Positions 44,548 to 57,067 of a stretch of 64,000 nt of DNA are shown one piece after another. Position 1 is the stretch's first letter, and every line of letters begins with the position of its first letter. This DNA comes from Callorhinchus milii (Eukaryota), in NCBI RefSeq assembly GCF_018977255.1, contig NW_024704753.1, forward strand, positions 186,001-250,000, read 5' to 3'. A model generated the notes under the pieces. That model ran no database searches, was not told where the DNA came from, and saw only the letters and a list, made by a program, of their open reading frames with translations. A program made the position numbers and the translations under genes.

Positions 44548-45337
44548 ATGCTCAGCCCGAGGCTGCGGCAGTGGCTGCGGCGGGTCCCGGGGTCGCGGCC
44601 GCTCGGGGAGTATCGCTTCCTCCCCGGGTTTTTCGTGCTCGGGGCCGCCATGGAGTGGGTTATGATCAACATCCGCATCGGCCCCGAGACCTTCTGTAAG
44701 TCACGGCCCGCGGGCCGCACCCGGCCCCCGGGGTTTCCTCGCTGCTCTGACGGTTTGACAAATAATCTCCAATCCGAACGTTGGAGGGTCACAGCGAGTT
44801 TGATTCTGGGGTAAAGCTGTTGACCTTCAGCCACAACCGATCAGTGACGAGACACCGGGTGTGTGACCCTGAGGAAGTGGCTTATTAATGGGGGGGGGGG
44901 AGGGGGGGTCATCGCACACGGTTCATGTTGTTGTTTTGATGGGTTTCAATGGCTGTAATATTCTGTGATTCTATAAAATCTCTCGTTTCTGACCTGTGGA
45001 CAGTCCGGACGGACACTGACCCGGACCTTATTCTCATCTGTCAGTGAGGACAATGCGGCCCCTCAATCCGTGACTGTTTGTGGGTCACTGCGGTGCCCAA
45101 TCGGTTGCCAAAATAGTCAATTCACTTGACGGTGTGTCCTGTGAAGCGCTTTGAGACGTCGCGATGAAGTGATCGGGGGCCGCGGGTCCGGAGCGAGGAC
45201 TACTGTATTGTGTTATTGTCGTTATCGCTGCTAATGATCGTTCATTTATTACTGCAGACGACGTGTACCGCAGGAAGCGCTCTGAGCGGGAATACCTGGG
45301 GAGGGTCGAGGCCGCGGGAGAGCGGCCCCCGGAGTAA
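44548..45337 (+). CDS. SMIM4: Small integral membrane protein 4 / UQCC5 (75 aa, 2 coding exons)
   Basis: Exons 44548-44695 (RVPGSRPLGEYRFLPGFFVLGAAMEWVMINIRIGPETF) and 45258-45337 (YDVYRRKRSEREY...*); AATAAA at 45461-45466. Confidence 0.92.
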
Positions 45338-45511
45338 CTCGGCTCAGGGGCCCCCACCGCATCGCTTCCTTTTACAAACCTGTTGTTGTCGTGACTGAGG
45401 TCATTGATCATTGATTATTAAACTGTGACAAACGGGGAAACACCGACACAGTTAACAGCCAATAAAACATATTGGTTGTACAGTTTACCTTTCTGTTCAA
45501 TGCCTCTCTGT

Positions 45512-46000
45512 GTGACAGCGACAGCGACAGCGCCCCCCAGTGACCCCCCAGTGACAGCGCCCCCCGGTGACCCCCCAGTGACAGCGCCCCCCAGTGACAG
45601 CGCCCCCCAGTGACCCCCCCAGTGACAGCGCCCCCCAGTGACAGCGCCCCCCGGTGACCCCCCAGTGACAGCGCCCCCCGGTGACCCCCCAGTGACAGCG
45701 CCCCCCAGTGACCCCCCAGTGACAGCGCCCCCCGGTGACCCCCCAGTGACAGCGCCCCCAGTGACAGCGCCCCCAGTGACAGCGCCCCCCGGTGACCCCC
45801 AGCGACAGCGCCCCCAGTGACCCCCAGTGACAGCGTCCCCCAGTGACAGCGCCCCCCGGTGACCCCCCAGTGACAGCGCCCCCAGTGACAGCGCCCCCCG
45901 GTGACCCCCCAGTGACAGCGCCCCCAGTGACCCCCAGTGACAGCGCCCCCCAGTGACCCCCCAGTGACAGCGCCCCCCAGTGACCCCCCGGTGGCAGCGC
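45512..46000. repeat. GTGACAGCGCCCCCC(A/G)GTGACCCCCCA minisatellite between SMIM4 and NT5DC2
   Basis: Direct reading of the tandem units. Confidence 0.95.
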
Positions 46001-46101
46001 CTTGGGTGAGGTTACCCTGTCATTGCGGGCCGCGGACGCTGGGGGCGCTGTGGCGGCTCCCGGCTCCCGAGCGGCCATTGCTGTGAGGCCGAGGCGGGAC
46101 G

Positions 46102-49100
46102 ATGGCCGCGCTGTGGCCGAGGAGCCTGAGCTCGGGGTCGCGGTGGGGCGCGGGGCCGCGGTGGGGCGCGGGGTCGCGGTGGGGCGCGGGGCCGCGGGGG
46201 GCGCGGGGGGGCCGCGGGGGGGCGCGGGGCCGCGGGGGGGCGCGGGGTGGGCCCGAGGCTGCAGCACCGCGGCCCCCGTGTTGGGCTGCGAGAGGAAGCC
46301 GCTGCCGAGCGGCCCGGACCCCGGGCCCAGAAGCCGCAGCAAAGGCTTCCTGTGGGGCCGCTACACGGAGATGAAGAAACTGGTTCACGGTAAAAAAAAA
46401 GAGGAGCCGCGGGGGAGGGGCGCTCGGCCAAGTCAGGCCCCCGGGCCGGGTCCGGCCCGCGTGGCGGGGGGGAGGCTGTTCACTGAGCCTCAGCCACCGC
46501 TGACCCAGTGAGACCCGGGGGTGGGGGTGGGGGTGGGGTGGGGTGGGGTGGGGGCGGTGTTTGGCTCCGGCCCCACTTTGTTGACTTCAGGGCCACATTT
46601 ACAAACACTGTCTCTCAGCGATTTGTTTGATGTAAAATCTCAGTCCCTGTTTCCCGGTGCGGATTATTGTCCATCGTCACCGACCGGAGGTGTTCAGGGG
46701 GTTGTAAGGCTTCTCTGGCGAGTGCGGTGGGTCAGGGCTTCGGGGGGTCACCTGTGGGGGAAGCGCTCTCGCTCTCTGGGGACCATCTGACGCCAAAGGG
46801 GCGAAAGGAATGTCATGTGCCATTATAACCGGATCGCAATTCCGGAACGACAAACAGCTCTCAGCCGCGTCCGTCTCTGAGACAAGACCTTGAGTTCCGT
46901 CACCTGAGACGAGGCTCCAGTGCGGCGATGGGGGGAGAATCCGCTGCATTGTCGGAGATACCGCGTGACATTTAACTTGTGGGGTGGGGGGGGTCCTGTC
47001 CGCCTGCTCGGGTGGATGATAAAGATCCCTGTTTGAAAAGAGAAGCGAGTTCCTCTCTCCCGGTCTCCTGGCCGAGCAGCCCTCGGATAATAAAGACATC
47101 ATTCACGTCACAGTTGCTGGCGGGACATTGCTGAACACCGCCTACAAGTACACAGTCACTACACTTTACACAGGAAAAACTGAAGCGTGTTAAGTCGTCT
47201 TTCAAATGACAAGGTTTATTGTAAGAACATTTATAAGAAACTGATTTCCATTTATTCTCAGAACTTCTTCCTCCCGGAGTCTGTAGTCTCTTGAATCCAG
47301 CGAATATCTATTCAAACAACGAGATCAAACTGGAGGACATTGAAATCTACGGCTTTGACTATGACTATACTCTGGCTCAGTATTCCCGCTCACTCCACAC
47401 CATGATCTTCAACGCTGCCCGAGAGATCCTGGTGGAACACTACAAGGTGAGGGCGGACACCGCTGATCGGCAGCGACTTGGTGAAGATCATTAGATTCAT
47501 ATATAATCCCAGCTGATCCTGCGCCTTATTGTAACGAGAGATATAAACCTGCGTCACAGAGTGAGTTACTGTGGTGTCGGTGCCACATTATTGACTACTC
47601 GTCGCACCCACTCGCCCGATATCACTAAATGGCCCCACTGATCCAGTGACTAAACTCACTGCTCCTCAAGAGCGAGACGCATTTACCAGACATTTTACAT
47701 TGACCTCCTGCTGGGCTGCACTGACACTGACAGGCTTTGCCGATCGGGAGCTGAGGCTGTGACTTTCTGTTTCAGTACCCGAGTGGGCTCCGGAAGTACG
47801 ACTACATGCCTGACTTTGCCATTCGTGGCCTCCACTACGACGTGCGGAAGGTAAACGCTGACAGGAGTCCCAGTGGGGAGTAAGGGGGGTGAGGAGAGTG
47901 AGGGGTGAGGAGGCTGGGGTCTGGACATTGAGAGGAGATTTGTTAGCTGAAGCAATCATTTAATTTGGCGTTTTTTTATTTTATTACCATAGCCCAGCTG
48001 CTAAATAATGTCCCCGCTGCCTCTTTGCTTATTTCACTCACAAAATACACAGTCACTACACTTTACAGTATATTCTGTGAAGTGCTTTGAGACATCTCAA
48101 CTACGTGATAAGGCGCTGTATCAAATGCAAGGATTATTATTATCAACAACAACAAGATTACATTTGTATAGCGCCTTTCACGATTATTAACTTCTTGTAT
48201 TTTGATGTCATATTTCTATGGAAATTTATTCTTTCTCTGGCAGGGTATTCTGATGAAAATTGACGCTTATCATTATGTGCAATCCGGAACTGTGTACAGG
48301 TATGGCCAATGTGTGTCTGTCTGTGTGTGTGTGTGGGCATGTGGGTGAGGTTGTGGGCTGTTTGCCAGGGAGTGAGGCTGCTGGTTGCTGACTGTCTCTC
48401 TCCCCAGGGGGCTGAGTCCAATGCCTGATGAGGAGGTGATTGAGATGTACGAAGGGACTCAGCACATTCCTCTGCACGAAATGAGTGATTTCTACGGCAA
48501 AGTACGTCTCCGTAATTAATATATAGTTTTGCTTGTTTTAAGAAAACTTTTGTCAGTGATTCCATGTTCCCCCCCTCCCCATCCTTCCCCCTCCCCGGAA
48601 AGCTTCCTCCGATTGTGAATTGGGACAGTGAGTATCAGTGGGGACTCGATCAGACAATCCCCACCCTTCCATGTTCTGGGGGTGGAGGAGAGGGGGTTGT
48701 TGGGGGGAGAGGCAATGTGCCTGGCACCTGCCTGGCATGTTGGGAAAAGATGTGTTCTTGGCATGTGCTTACCATGTGTTTATAATCAGGGGCCGTCAAT
48801 GAAGCAGTTTATGGACATTTTCTCACTCCCTGAGATGACGCTTCTCTCTTGTGTGAACGATTATTTCATCAACCACGGAATCGAGTTCGACCCCGTTCAT
48901 TTGTTCAGGGACGTGAGTGTGAGTATGAGTGTGTGTGTGAGTGAATGTGTGAGTGAGCATGAGTGTGAGTGTGTATGTGTGTGATCACAGGGACGTGAAT
49001 GTGAGAGTGAGTGTGTGTGTGAGTGAGCATGAGTGTGTGTGTGTATGAGTGTATGATCATAGGATGTGAGTGTGAGGGGGGTTTGTGGGGGAGAGGGGAG

Positions 49101-51539
49101 GGCTGTGTGATGGGGGCTCTGTGTGGGTGGTGAGCTGTGGAGGAGAAGGGTGGCTGTGGGGGAGAGGGGCGGGGGCTGTGGGCGAGAGTGGGGCTGTGGG
49201 GAAGAAGGGGTGCTGTGGTGGGGTGGGCTGCGGGGTAGAGGGGGTGCTGTGGGGGGGATCACAGGGCTAATGTTAATGGAAGGCAGTCATGGTAATCGAC
49301 TCCTTTCGCCCACAGGATGCCATCAGTACCGTCCATGTAAAGGGGATGATGTACAAGTGGATCGAGGGGGATCTGGGTCAGTGAGAGCGACAGCTCAGGC
49401 TCTCATCACTCTCCATGGCTCATTCTCTCTCTTTCTCTGTCTCTCGCACCCCCTCTCTCTCTCTCTCCCTCCCTCCCTCCCTCCCTCCCTCCGTCCGTCC
49501 GTCCGTCCGTCCGTCCGTCTGTCTCTCTCTCTCGCTCTGTGTCTCACACTCGCTTTGTCTGTCACAGAGCAGTACATTCTACGTGGAGAGGAGACGTATG
49601 CGGTGCTGAACCGCCTGGTGAATAACGGGAAGAAGCTTTTCCTCATCACCAACAGCCCTTTCAGCTTCGTGTAGGTGCTTTTCTCTATTTACTGTGTGAG
49701 TCTCGCCTCTGTGTGTGTGTGTGTTTGAGAGAGCCTGCGTGTGTGTCTGTGTTGTGTGTCTCTGTGTGTGTGTCTCTGTGTGTGAGTGTCTCCCTTTGTG
49801 TGTGTGTATGTGTGTGTGTGTGTGAGTGAGTATCTGTTTGTGAGAGTGTCTGTGTGTGTGAGTGTGAGAGAGAGAGAGAGGTTTGTAATGAGTGTTTCCC
49901 TGTTTCAGTGACATGGGGATGCAGCACATGGTGGGGCAGGACTGGCGAGATCTCTTTGACTTGGTGATCGTTCAGGCTGAGAAGCCGACATTTTTCACTG
50001 ATCGACGCAAGTGAGTAAAACACACAGCGGGGTGCGCAGGGTAGGGGAGATGGGGAGTCGATGGTGGAGGGTCTGGGGGTGGGGAGAGGGTTGGGGGCCT
50101 GGGTACCAGGCAATAACTGAACAGAAAACACTGTTTTTCAGGCCGTTCCGGAAGCTGGACGAAGCCGGGGATTTACAGTGGGACAAAATCAACAAATTGG
50201 AGAAAGGCAAAATGTATAAGCAGGTCAGTGTCTGTCTGGTTGTGTGTGTTTGCCTTCCTGTCTGTGCCTACAGGGTGGGTGTGTACCTCTTGTGAATGTA
50301 ATAGGACATCAAGTACTGATTTACGAGCAGTGACACTGAAATCAGCACAAACTGATTTCTTTCTGCAGATAAGAGAAAATCCCTTTGTGATTTGTGGTTA
50401 ATTTGTTAACTTCAAAACAATGCTAATCTGCCCCATGACCCCCCTCCCCTGCTTTCTCTCTGTGATACCCTGAATCCCTCCCCCCCCACCCCGCCTCCAA
50501 CTCTGCCCCACCCTGACTCCCCTCTCTCTCTCTAACCACAGGGGAACCTGTTTGACTTCCTCAGACTGACCGGCTGGCGAGGATCGCGAGTGCTGTACTT
50601 TGGGGATCATCTGTACAGTGACCTGGCGGTGAGTGCGAGGCTGGAGATCACTGTCTCCTTGTCCTTTGGGCTGATGTTGCGATGAACCTGCTGCCACACC
50701 CTGTGCATGTGGTGTGTATGTATGTGACTATGTGTGTGGAAGTGTGTGTGTGTGGTGTGTGTATAAGCGTGCTGTGTGTGTCAGTAACCCTCTTGCCTCG
50801 TGCAGGACCTGATGCTGAGACATGGATGGAGGACGGGAGCGATTGTGCCAGAGCTGGAAATGGAAATCAGCATCATTAACACGGAGCAGTACACACACAG
50901 CGTGACCTGGCTCCAGGCACTGACCGGCCTGCTCGAGAGGCTGCAGGTACAGGGGGGGCAGCGGGGGGCGCAGAGTATAACTGTGACTGAGTTTACGTGC
51001 CTGTAGGAACTCTGCAGTGTTTACATGTGGCTCTGTCCTCAGGTACATCACGACGCAGAGTCACAGCTGGTGCTCGGTGAATGGATAAAGGAACGTCGGG
51101 AACTGATGTAAAGTCTCCTTTTACTTCACTCATTTTCGATACTCGGGGGGGCGGTGAGGGGGAGTGCAGAGGATCAAGGGGGGCTGGTGGGAGGGGAGAA
51201 AGGTGGGGGTGGGGCTGAGGAGGAGGGAGCAGGGCTGAGCGGGGCTGAGAGGGTAACAAGGATTTGTCTGGTTTCAGGTCTCTGACAAAGAACTTGTTCA
51301 ACCCCCAGTTTGGGAGTATCTTCCGCACGTACCACAATCCCACCTATTTCTCACGTCGGCTCAGCCGTTTCTCTGACATCTACATGTCGTCCATCAGCTG
51401 CCTCCTCAACTACGATCCCAGCTTCACCTTCTACCCACGTCGCACCCCCCTGCAACATGAGGCTCCGCTGTGGATGGACCAGCTGTGCACCGGCTGCATG
51501 AAAACCCCCTTCCTGGAGGAGATGGCACACATCCGCTAG
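46102..51539 (+). CDS. NT5DC2: 5'-nucleotidase domain-containing protein 2 (HAD family); exon 1 has an apparent frameshift
   Basis: Exon 1 to 46389 ([13 protein letters not shown]), then 47262-47446 (GFDYDYTL), 47776-47850, 48244-48299, 48408-48501, 48790-48918, 49316-49376, 49568-49670 (LITNSP), 49909-50010, 50142-50223, 50542-50628 ([10 protein letters not shown]), 50806-50946, 51043-51107, 51278-51539 ([14 protein letters not shown]). Start codon assignment uncertain. Confidence 0.93.
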
Positions 51540-53977
51540 AGCTGCCAGAGAGTGGGGCCCGCCAGCAAGGTGGGGGGCAGCCAGCGAGATGCCGGAGTGG
51601 GAACTGGATTGTTTCACTGATGTGAGAGATACAATAGGTATACAATAGACGTATAGTAGATTTAATATGAGATACGATGGAGATCGATTTCCTGTAGAAG
51701 TAGAAGTGGTGTTTTACTAATGTGCGGTGGCCACTTTAACCCTTTGCTCACCGCCCGCAGTCACCCCATTTCCAGGCTTTAAAGACAGTTTCGTAGTTTG
51801 TGCCAATCACATTGTTACTACATATAGCAGACCTGGGCGGGAGCTGTGCCACTCGCTACTGTGTTTCCTGAAACTAGGTTAGTCTAGTTTAGTTTAGCTA
51901 ACAGTGTGGTGCTGCCAGTTGGACACTAACCTGCTGTTTTTTAAAAATTGCACAATTTTAGAGGGAGATTGTGTCGTGTAATTGCAATCCACCTGCCGTC
52001 CACCAAGTGAGGCTCAAACCTACGCTTCTCACAGGTCAAACTAGTGACTATCCTCCTTGGGGAAGGAAAGCAGAGTCTCCTTGGAGCTGAACTGACTCCA
52101 TGGTGACATGGTTGGGAACGGAATATTGGGGACTTTTCGCATTGTTAATCCTAACCCTGTAAACCAAAGCCCTAACGGGTAGGGTGGTCCCAGCTTGACA
52201 AGCAGTGGGATGCTATCAATGTCAAGCTATCTGGTTTTAGCTACTTTAGACTCCAGCAATTACCCCAACGCATACTCTGGGGTCCCCATAATACTTGCTG
52301 AAATTAGGTCCCTCCAATGAACATCTCTGGAATTGCCATGACTAGGTGGGATGCATGGAACCTTGTTTGGTTTGGACTGTTAAGCATGTGATGGGTTTCT
52401 GCATTTGTCAAGACACCGACTGGCCAGAAAAAAGCTATTTGTATAGTGTCTGGAAGCTGCTTTCCAGAAAGGGTTAGGGTTAGGTGGAGGCAGGTGTATA
52501 TGTGTTGTTGTCTGTTACATATGGAACTTAGTTTACTGGGAGACGTGTAATTTTATAGTTTACAGAGTTACAGAGTAATGTGTTTGTATGAAGTAGGGAA
52601 TGGCCAGTGCAGGGGGTGAGGCCAGAGTCTGAGTTTGATTTTCTTGTGTGCAGTGTTCCCAGACTTGGCCCGTGTGCTTCGTGACACACGTGTGCTCAGT
52701 GCTGCTTGTCACATGTGTGACCGGCACTGACTGCACATCTTCACTGGGTCATCATTTGAAGGAAATTTTCAAAACTTAATGTAGAGAATATTTTTGTGAA
52801 CAATTTTTTAAAATAAGCTAAACTCCAACCCCGGTACCAGCGTGACTACGTTTAACTGAGGGATAAATAAAGACAGATCACATTCTGTGCTCTGTGTGTA
52901 GCCAGGAGCTGTTTGGTGCTTCAAGAGCAATTCCTCATCTGCACATAAGCTGACGCTAACTGGAAGCTGCTCAGGTTTTTCAAAGCTGTAAAGTTTACAC
53001 TGACCCCCGTGTCCGTGTGTTCCGTGTTAATGTGGAGCGTGTACCTCCAGGTACATGTTTGTGTTTACCCCACATGTGACCGGTGTACCAGACACGTGGT
53101 TTATGGTGTGAACGTTTAGTGTTCTCCAGTCTGCGCTGAGTATTAATGCAATGTTTAATGATTTCCCAATTGTTTAATATGTTGGGAGGTTCAGAGTCAA
53201 ACTAAACCTTCGTGTTGTAGATAAGCTGTCTATGCAGCTGATCACTGGGTCATTGTAAGAGTCCAGTGAAAACAAGATAATGTAACAGTGATTGATATAA
53301 CTAGATTATAGAAACTCATTAAAGAAAACTAACAATCATTAAAAAAATGCTGTTTAATGTGAGATCAACTGAATGTTGTGTGTCTGTGTGATAGACTGAC
53401 TCCGTGAGACTGACACCGTGCATGTGTGAGACTGACTGTGAGAGAGACTGTGTGTGTGTGAGAGAGAGAGAGAGAGACTGACTGGGAAGCTGCCAGCTTG
53501 TGATTTACACTGGGAATGACTCCTTTGGTAAATATTTTTGATAAAGTTTATTGTTTTAAGTGCTTGAGGTTCAGTACAAAATGCTGATATTTTATAAAAC
53601 AAACCAGGGACAAACACTGTGGCCTGAGGGAGCCTCAATCTCACCCTTTTATCTGCAGTTTCTCAGTCAGTAGATGAACTCTTGTATAAGGATCATAATC
53701 TAGCCTTGCAGTGTTAGTAGATGGTTATTAATAATTTGCCCTGTTTATAAGTGGAAATATTTCCCACTTACACCAAACACACTAACTGTAACCAGTCAAT
53801 ATCAACCCAGATTACATCCCAATCGCTTGTTGCACAGATTCCCAGACACGTGGTGTGTAGCCGGGAGCTGCTCCCCATTCCCCCCGACGTGTGTGAGGAG
53901 GAGAGATGTCTGTCTGTCTCTGGTCTGTCTGTCGTACACAGACTGTGCTGCCGTCTTTCGCCCACTAAACCCGGCTC

Positions 53978-56900
53978 CTAGTCCTGGATAATGTTCTGTG
54001 TGTCAGAATAATCACCGTAATCCTGTAAATAGAAGCAACGGTTAAGTTTCTCCCAGTCCGCACACACCAACATGTGTCCGCAGCCCGTGCACACACCTGC
54101 ACATACAATCATATAATTATACAGCACAGGAGGCCATTCAGCCCATCGTGTCTGTGCTGCCTCTTAAAAAAGCTGTTCGAATTCAACCCCACTCCCCCGC
54201 TCTCTCCCCATAGCCCTGATCAACCCCACTCCCCCGCTCTCCCCCCATAGCTCTGATCAACCCCACTCCCCCGCTCTCCCCCCATAGCCCTGCAAACTTG
54301 TCCTCCCCAAATAATTATCTACTTCTCTCCTAAAACTTGTTATTGAATCGGTTCCCACCGGCCTTTCAGGCAACGCATTCCAGATCCCAACAACTCGCTT
54401 TGTAAAACATTTCTCCTCTCCTCCCCTCTGTTTTGACAACTATTTTAAATCGGTGTCCTCTTGTTACCGACCCACCCGCCACTGGAAATAGTTTCTCCTT
54501 GTTCACCCTATCGAATCCCCTCATAATTTTGAAAACTTCTTTTAAGTCTCCTCTTAACCTTCTCTGCTCCAAGGAGGACAATCCTCGCTTCTCTCGCCTC
54601 TCCTCGTAACTGAAGTCCCTCATTCCTGGTACCATCCTGGTCAATCTCCTTTGTATCCTCTCTAATGCCTTGACATCCTTCCTAAAGGGTGGGGCCCAGA
54701 ACTGAACACAGTCTCTCGCTGAGGTCTAACCAGTGTTTTATAAAGGTTCAACAACAACAATAAAATTACATGTGTAAAGCGCCTTTCACGTCAGGAGGAT
54801 GTCGCACGTGCTGGACAATCAGTGTTTTGGGCCCAAGCTGGGGATTGGGATCGGTGGAGGGCAAGGGGGGGAAAAGAGGATGATCGAAGGCACAGTGGAC
54901 GAGGAGGGTCTTGAGATGCGTCTTGAAGGAGGGAAGGGAGGGGGCAAGGCAGAGGGACTGCGGGATGGAGTTCCAGAGGGTGAGGGCAGAGTGGCAGAAG
55001 ACCCGTCCACCAATGGTGAGGCGAGCGAGGCGAGTGACGTGAAGCAGGTCGGAACCCACCGAGCAGAGGGAGCGGGCAGGATGGTAGGGGGTTAGGAGAT
55101 CGGGAAGGTAGGGGGGAACAAGACCATGGAGGGCTCTGAAGTTGAGGAACAGGATGTTGAATTGTATCCTCTGTGTGATGGGAAGCCAGTGGAATCGGGT
55201 GAGTTTGGGGGTGATCGGGTCATGGAGCCTGGCGTGGGAGAGGACACGGCTGCAGAGTTCTGGATGATGTACTGCCTGTGTGCACACCAGTACATATACA
55301 CAGCCCGTGTGCACACACCAGCATATGTACACAGCCCGTGTGCACACACCAGCATATGTACACAGCCCGTGTGCACACACCAGCATATGTACACAGCCCG
55401 TGTGCACACACCAGCATATGTACACAGCCCGTGTGCACACCAGCACATGTACAGCCTGTGCACCTACATACCCATACAGGGTGTGGCACTGGCAATATTT
55501 GATGACACAGCAAATCCAGAGATGGACCAGAAGCTGCTTGTAATTATTATTGCTCCCGGACGCTCTGCCACATGTTTGTATTTGACCCGAGCGCTGGGAG
55601 AGAAACCACGGCTTTAGCTACTCACATCAAAGGGCTCGGTGCTGTCCACTGCCGCCCCGTACGCACTGTACAGGGGGTTGGGCACAGAGACCACTGCAGG
55701 CTTATCATCATCGTCGTCCTCCTCGCTCTGCTCAGTAATAATAATTAAACACATAGTTCATTAATGACAGCAATTCCTGAGTTTCTCAGCCTCCCCTCCC
55801 CCACATACACCTCCCAACCCACCCCACACACACACAACTCCCACCCCCCACCCACACCTCCCCCCCCCGCTGGGAATTACCTTGAAGTAATGAAAGTGAA
55901 AATTGTCATTCTTGCGTCTGAGCCAATAGCAGCTCAGGCCGACACCTGCAGCCACGAGGCCGATCACAGCCAACAACACCGTCACAACCAGAGCCTTGGG
56001 CAGTGAATGAGAGGCCAGAGCCGGAGCCTGTAACAGGAGAGAGTGACTGACTGGGTCTGCAGACCCCCCACCCTGCTCCGCTCCCCACTGCACTGCCCCC
56101 CCCACTCACAGCACCATACTTACCCCCGGGGCCTGCAGGGGGGCTTCGATGACCTGGATGATCCCGTTGGTGGCTTCAATGTCCCATTGCACAACACGGC
56201 GGCCGTTCACCAGTTTCGAGCCCTGCAAAGGGAGGGAGGGAGGGAGGGAGAGGGGAATGGAGGGAGACAGCTTGGCATCAGTAATTAACTCCTTGTTGCC
56301 TGGCGACACCTCACTGTCTGGCCATGTGAGAGCGATGGATTAGAGTCTAAACTGGTCACAATCTGACTCTCTGGGTGTTTGTAAAAGTAAAAGCAACAAC
56401 AACAGTTTGCACGTCTCTATAATGCCCTTCACGTCGGGCAGCATTTCAGAACCACCACATTTACCCAAAATTTAAACCTAATTGTAATAAGTAATAAAAG
56501 CCGCGTGAACGCTGTTCACAGCCTCAGTAACAGGTTTAGTTTAACAATCTCGTCACGTGCAGAACGGTGTTATACCTGCCCGGGCGGTTTTACCAACTGG
56601 AAAATTGGCTTCAGAATTACGAATGAATTTTAAGAATTTTTAAAATTTCTGCCCAATCTGAGCCTCAAAACACATGTCTTTAAAAAGATTGCTGAGAAAT
56701 GTCAGCCTCTGCTCACAAGCCAGGAGACAGCAACTGGGGCTGGGATCAGGGTGAGGGTGGGATGGTGCTGGGCTGGGATTAGCCACGAAGGTAGCATCAA
56801 CAACACAGCGATCGGGACAGAGGAAAGTAACAAACCCCCCAGAGTGTGACGTACGTTGATGCGTGTGTGATTGTCAGAGACGCCATCTGCAATCAGCAGG

Positions 56901-57036
56901 TGGTTCCCCAGCCGAGAGCGGAGCCTGAGACCGTCCATCATCTGACTGTAGTGCAGGCTGTGATTCTCAGACACGTGATTCTCCAGGTCTCTCCACGACA
57001 GCGTCTGGGTAAAGGCAGAGAGACAGAGAGAGAGAG

Positions 57037-57067
<31 letters not shown>

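Noticed and set aside
43088-44699. Long ORFs (up to 494 aa) rich in H/T/P or V/C/G
   Set aside because: Translations of (CA)n/C-run satellite and N gaps; only 44548-44695 is real coding sequence (SMIM4).
45512-46000. Regular repeats suggestive of a CRISPR array (also 7275-7405, 55278-55465, 61852-62105)
   Set aside because: No unique spacers, no cas genes, vertebrate context; these are minisatellites.
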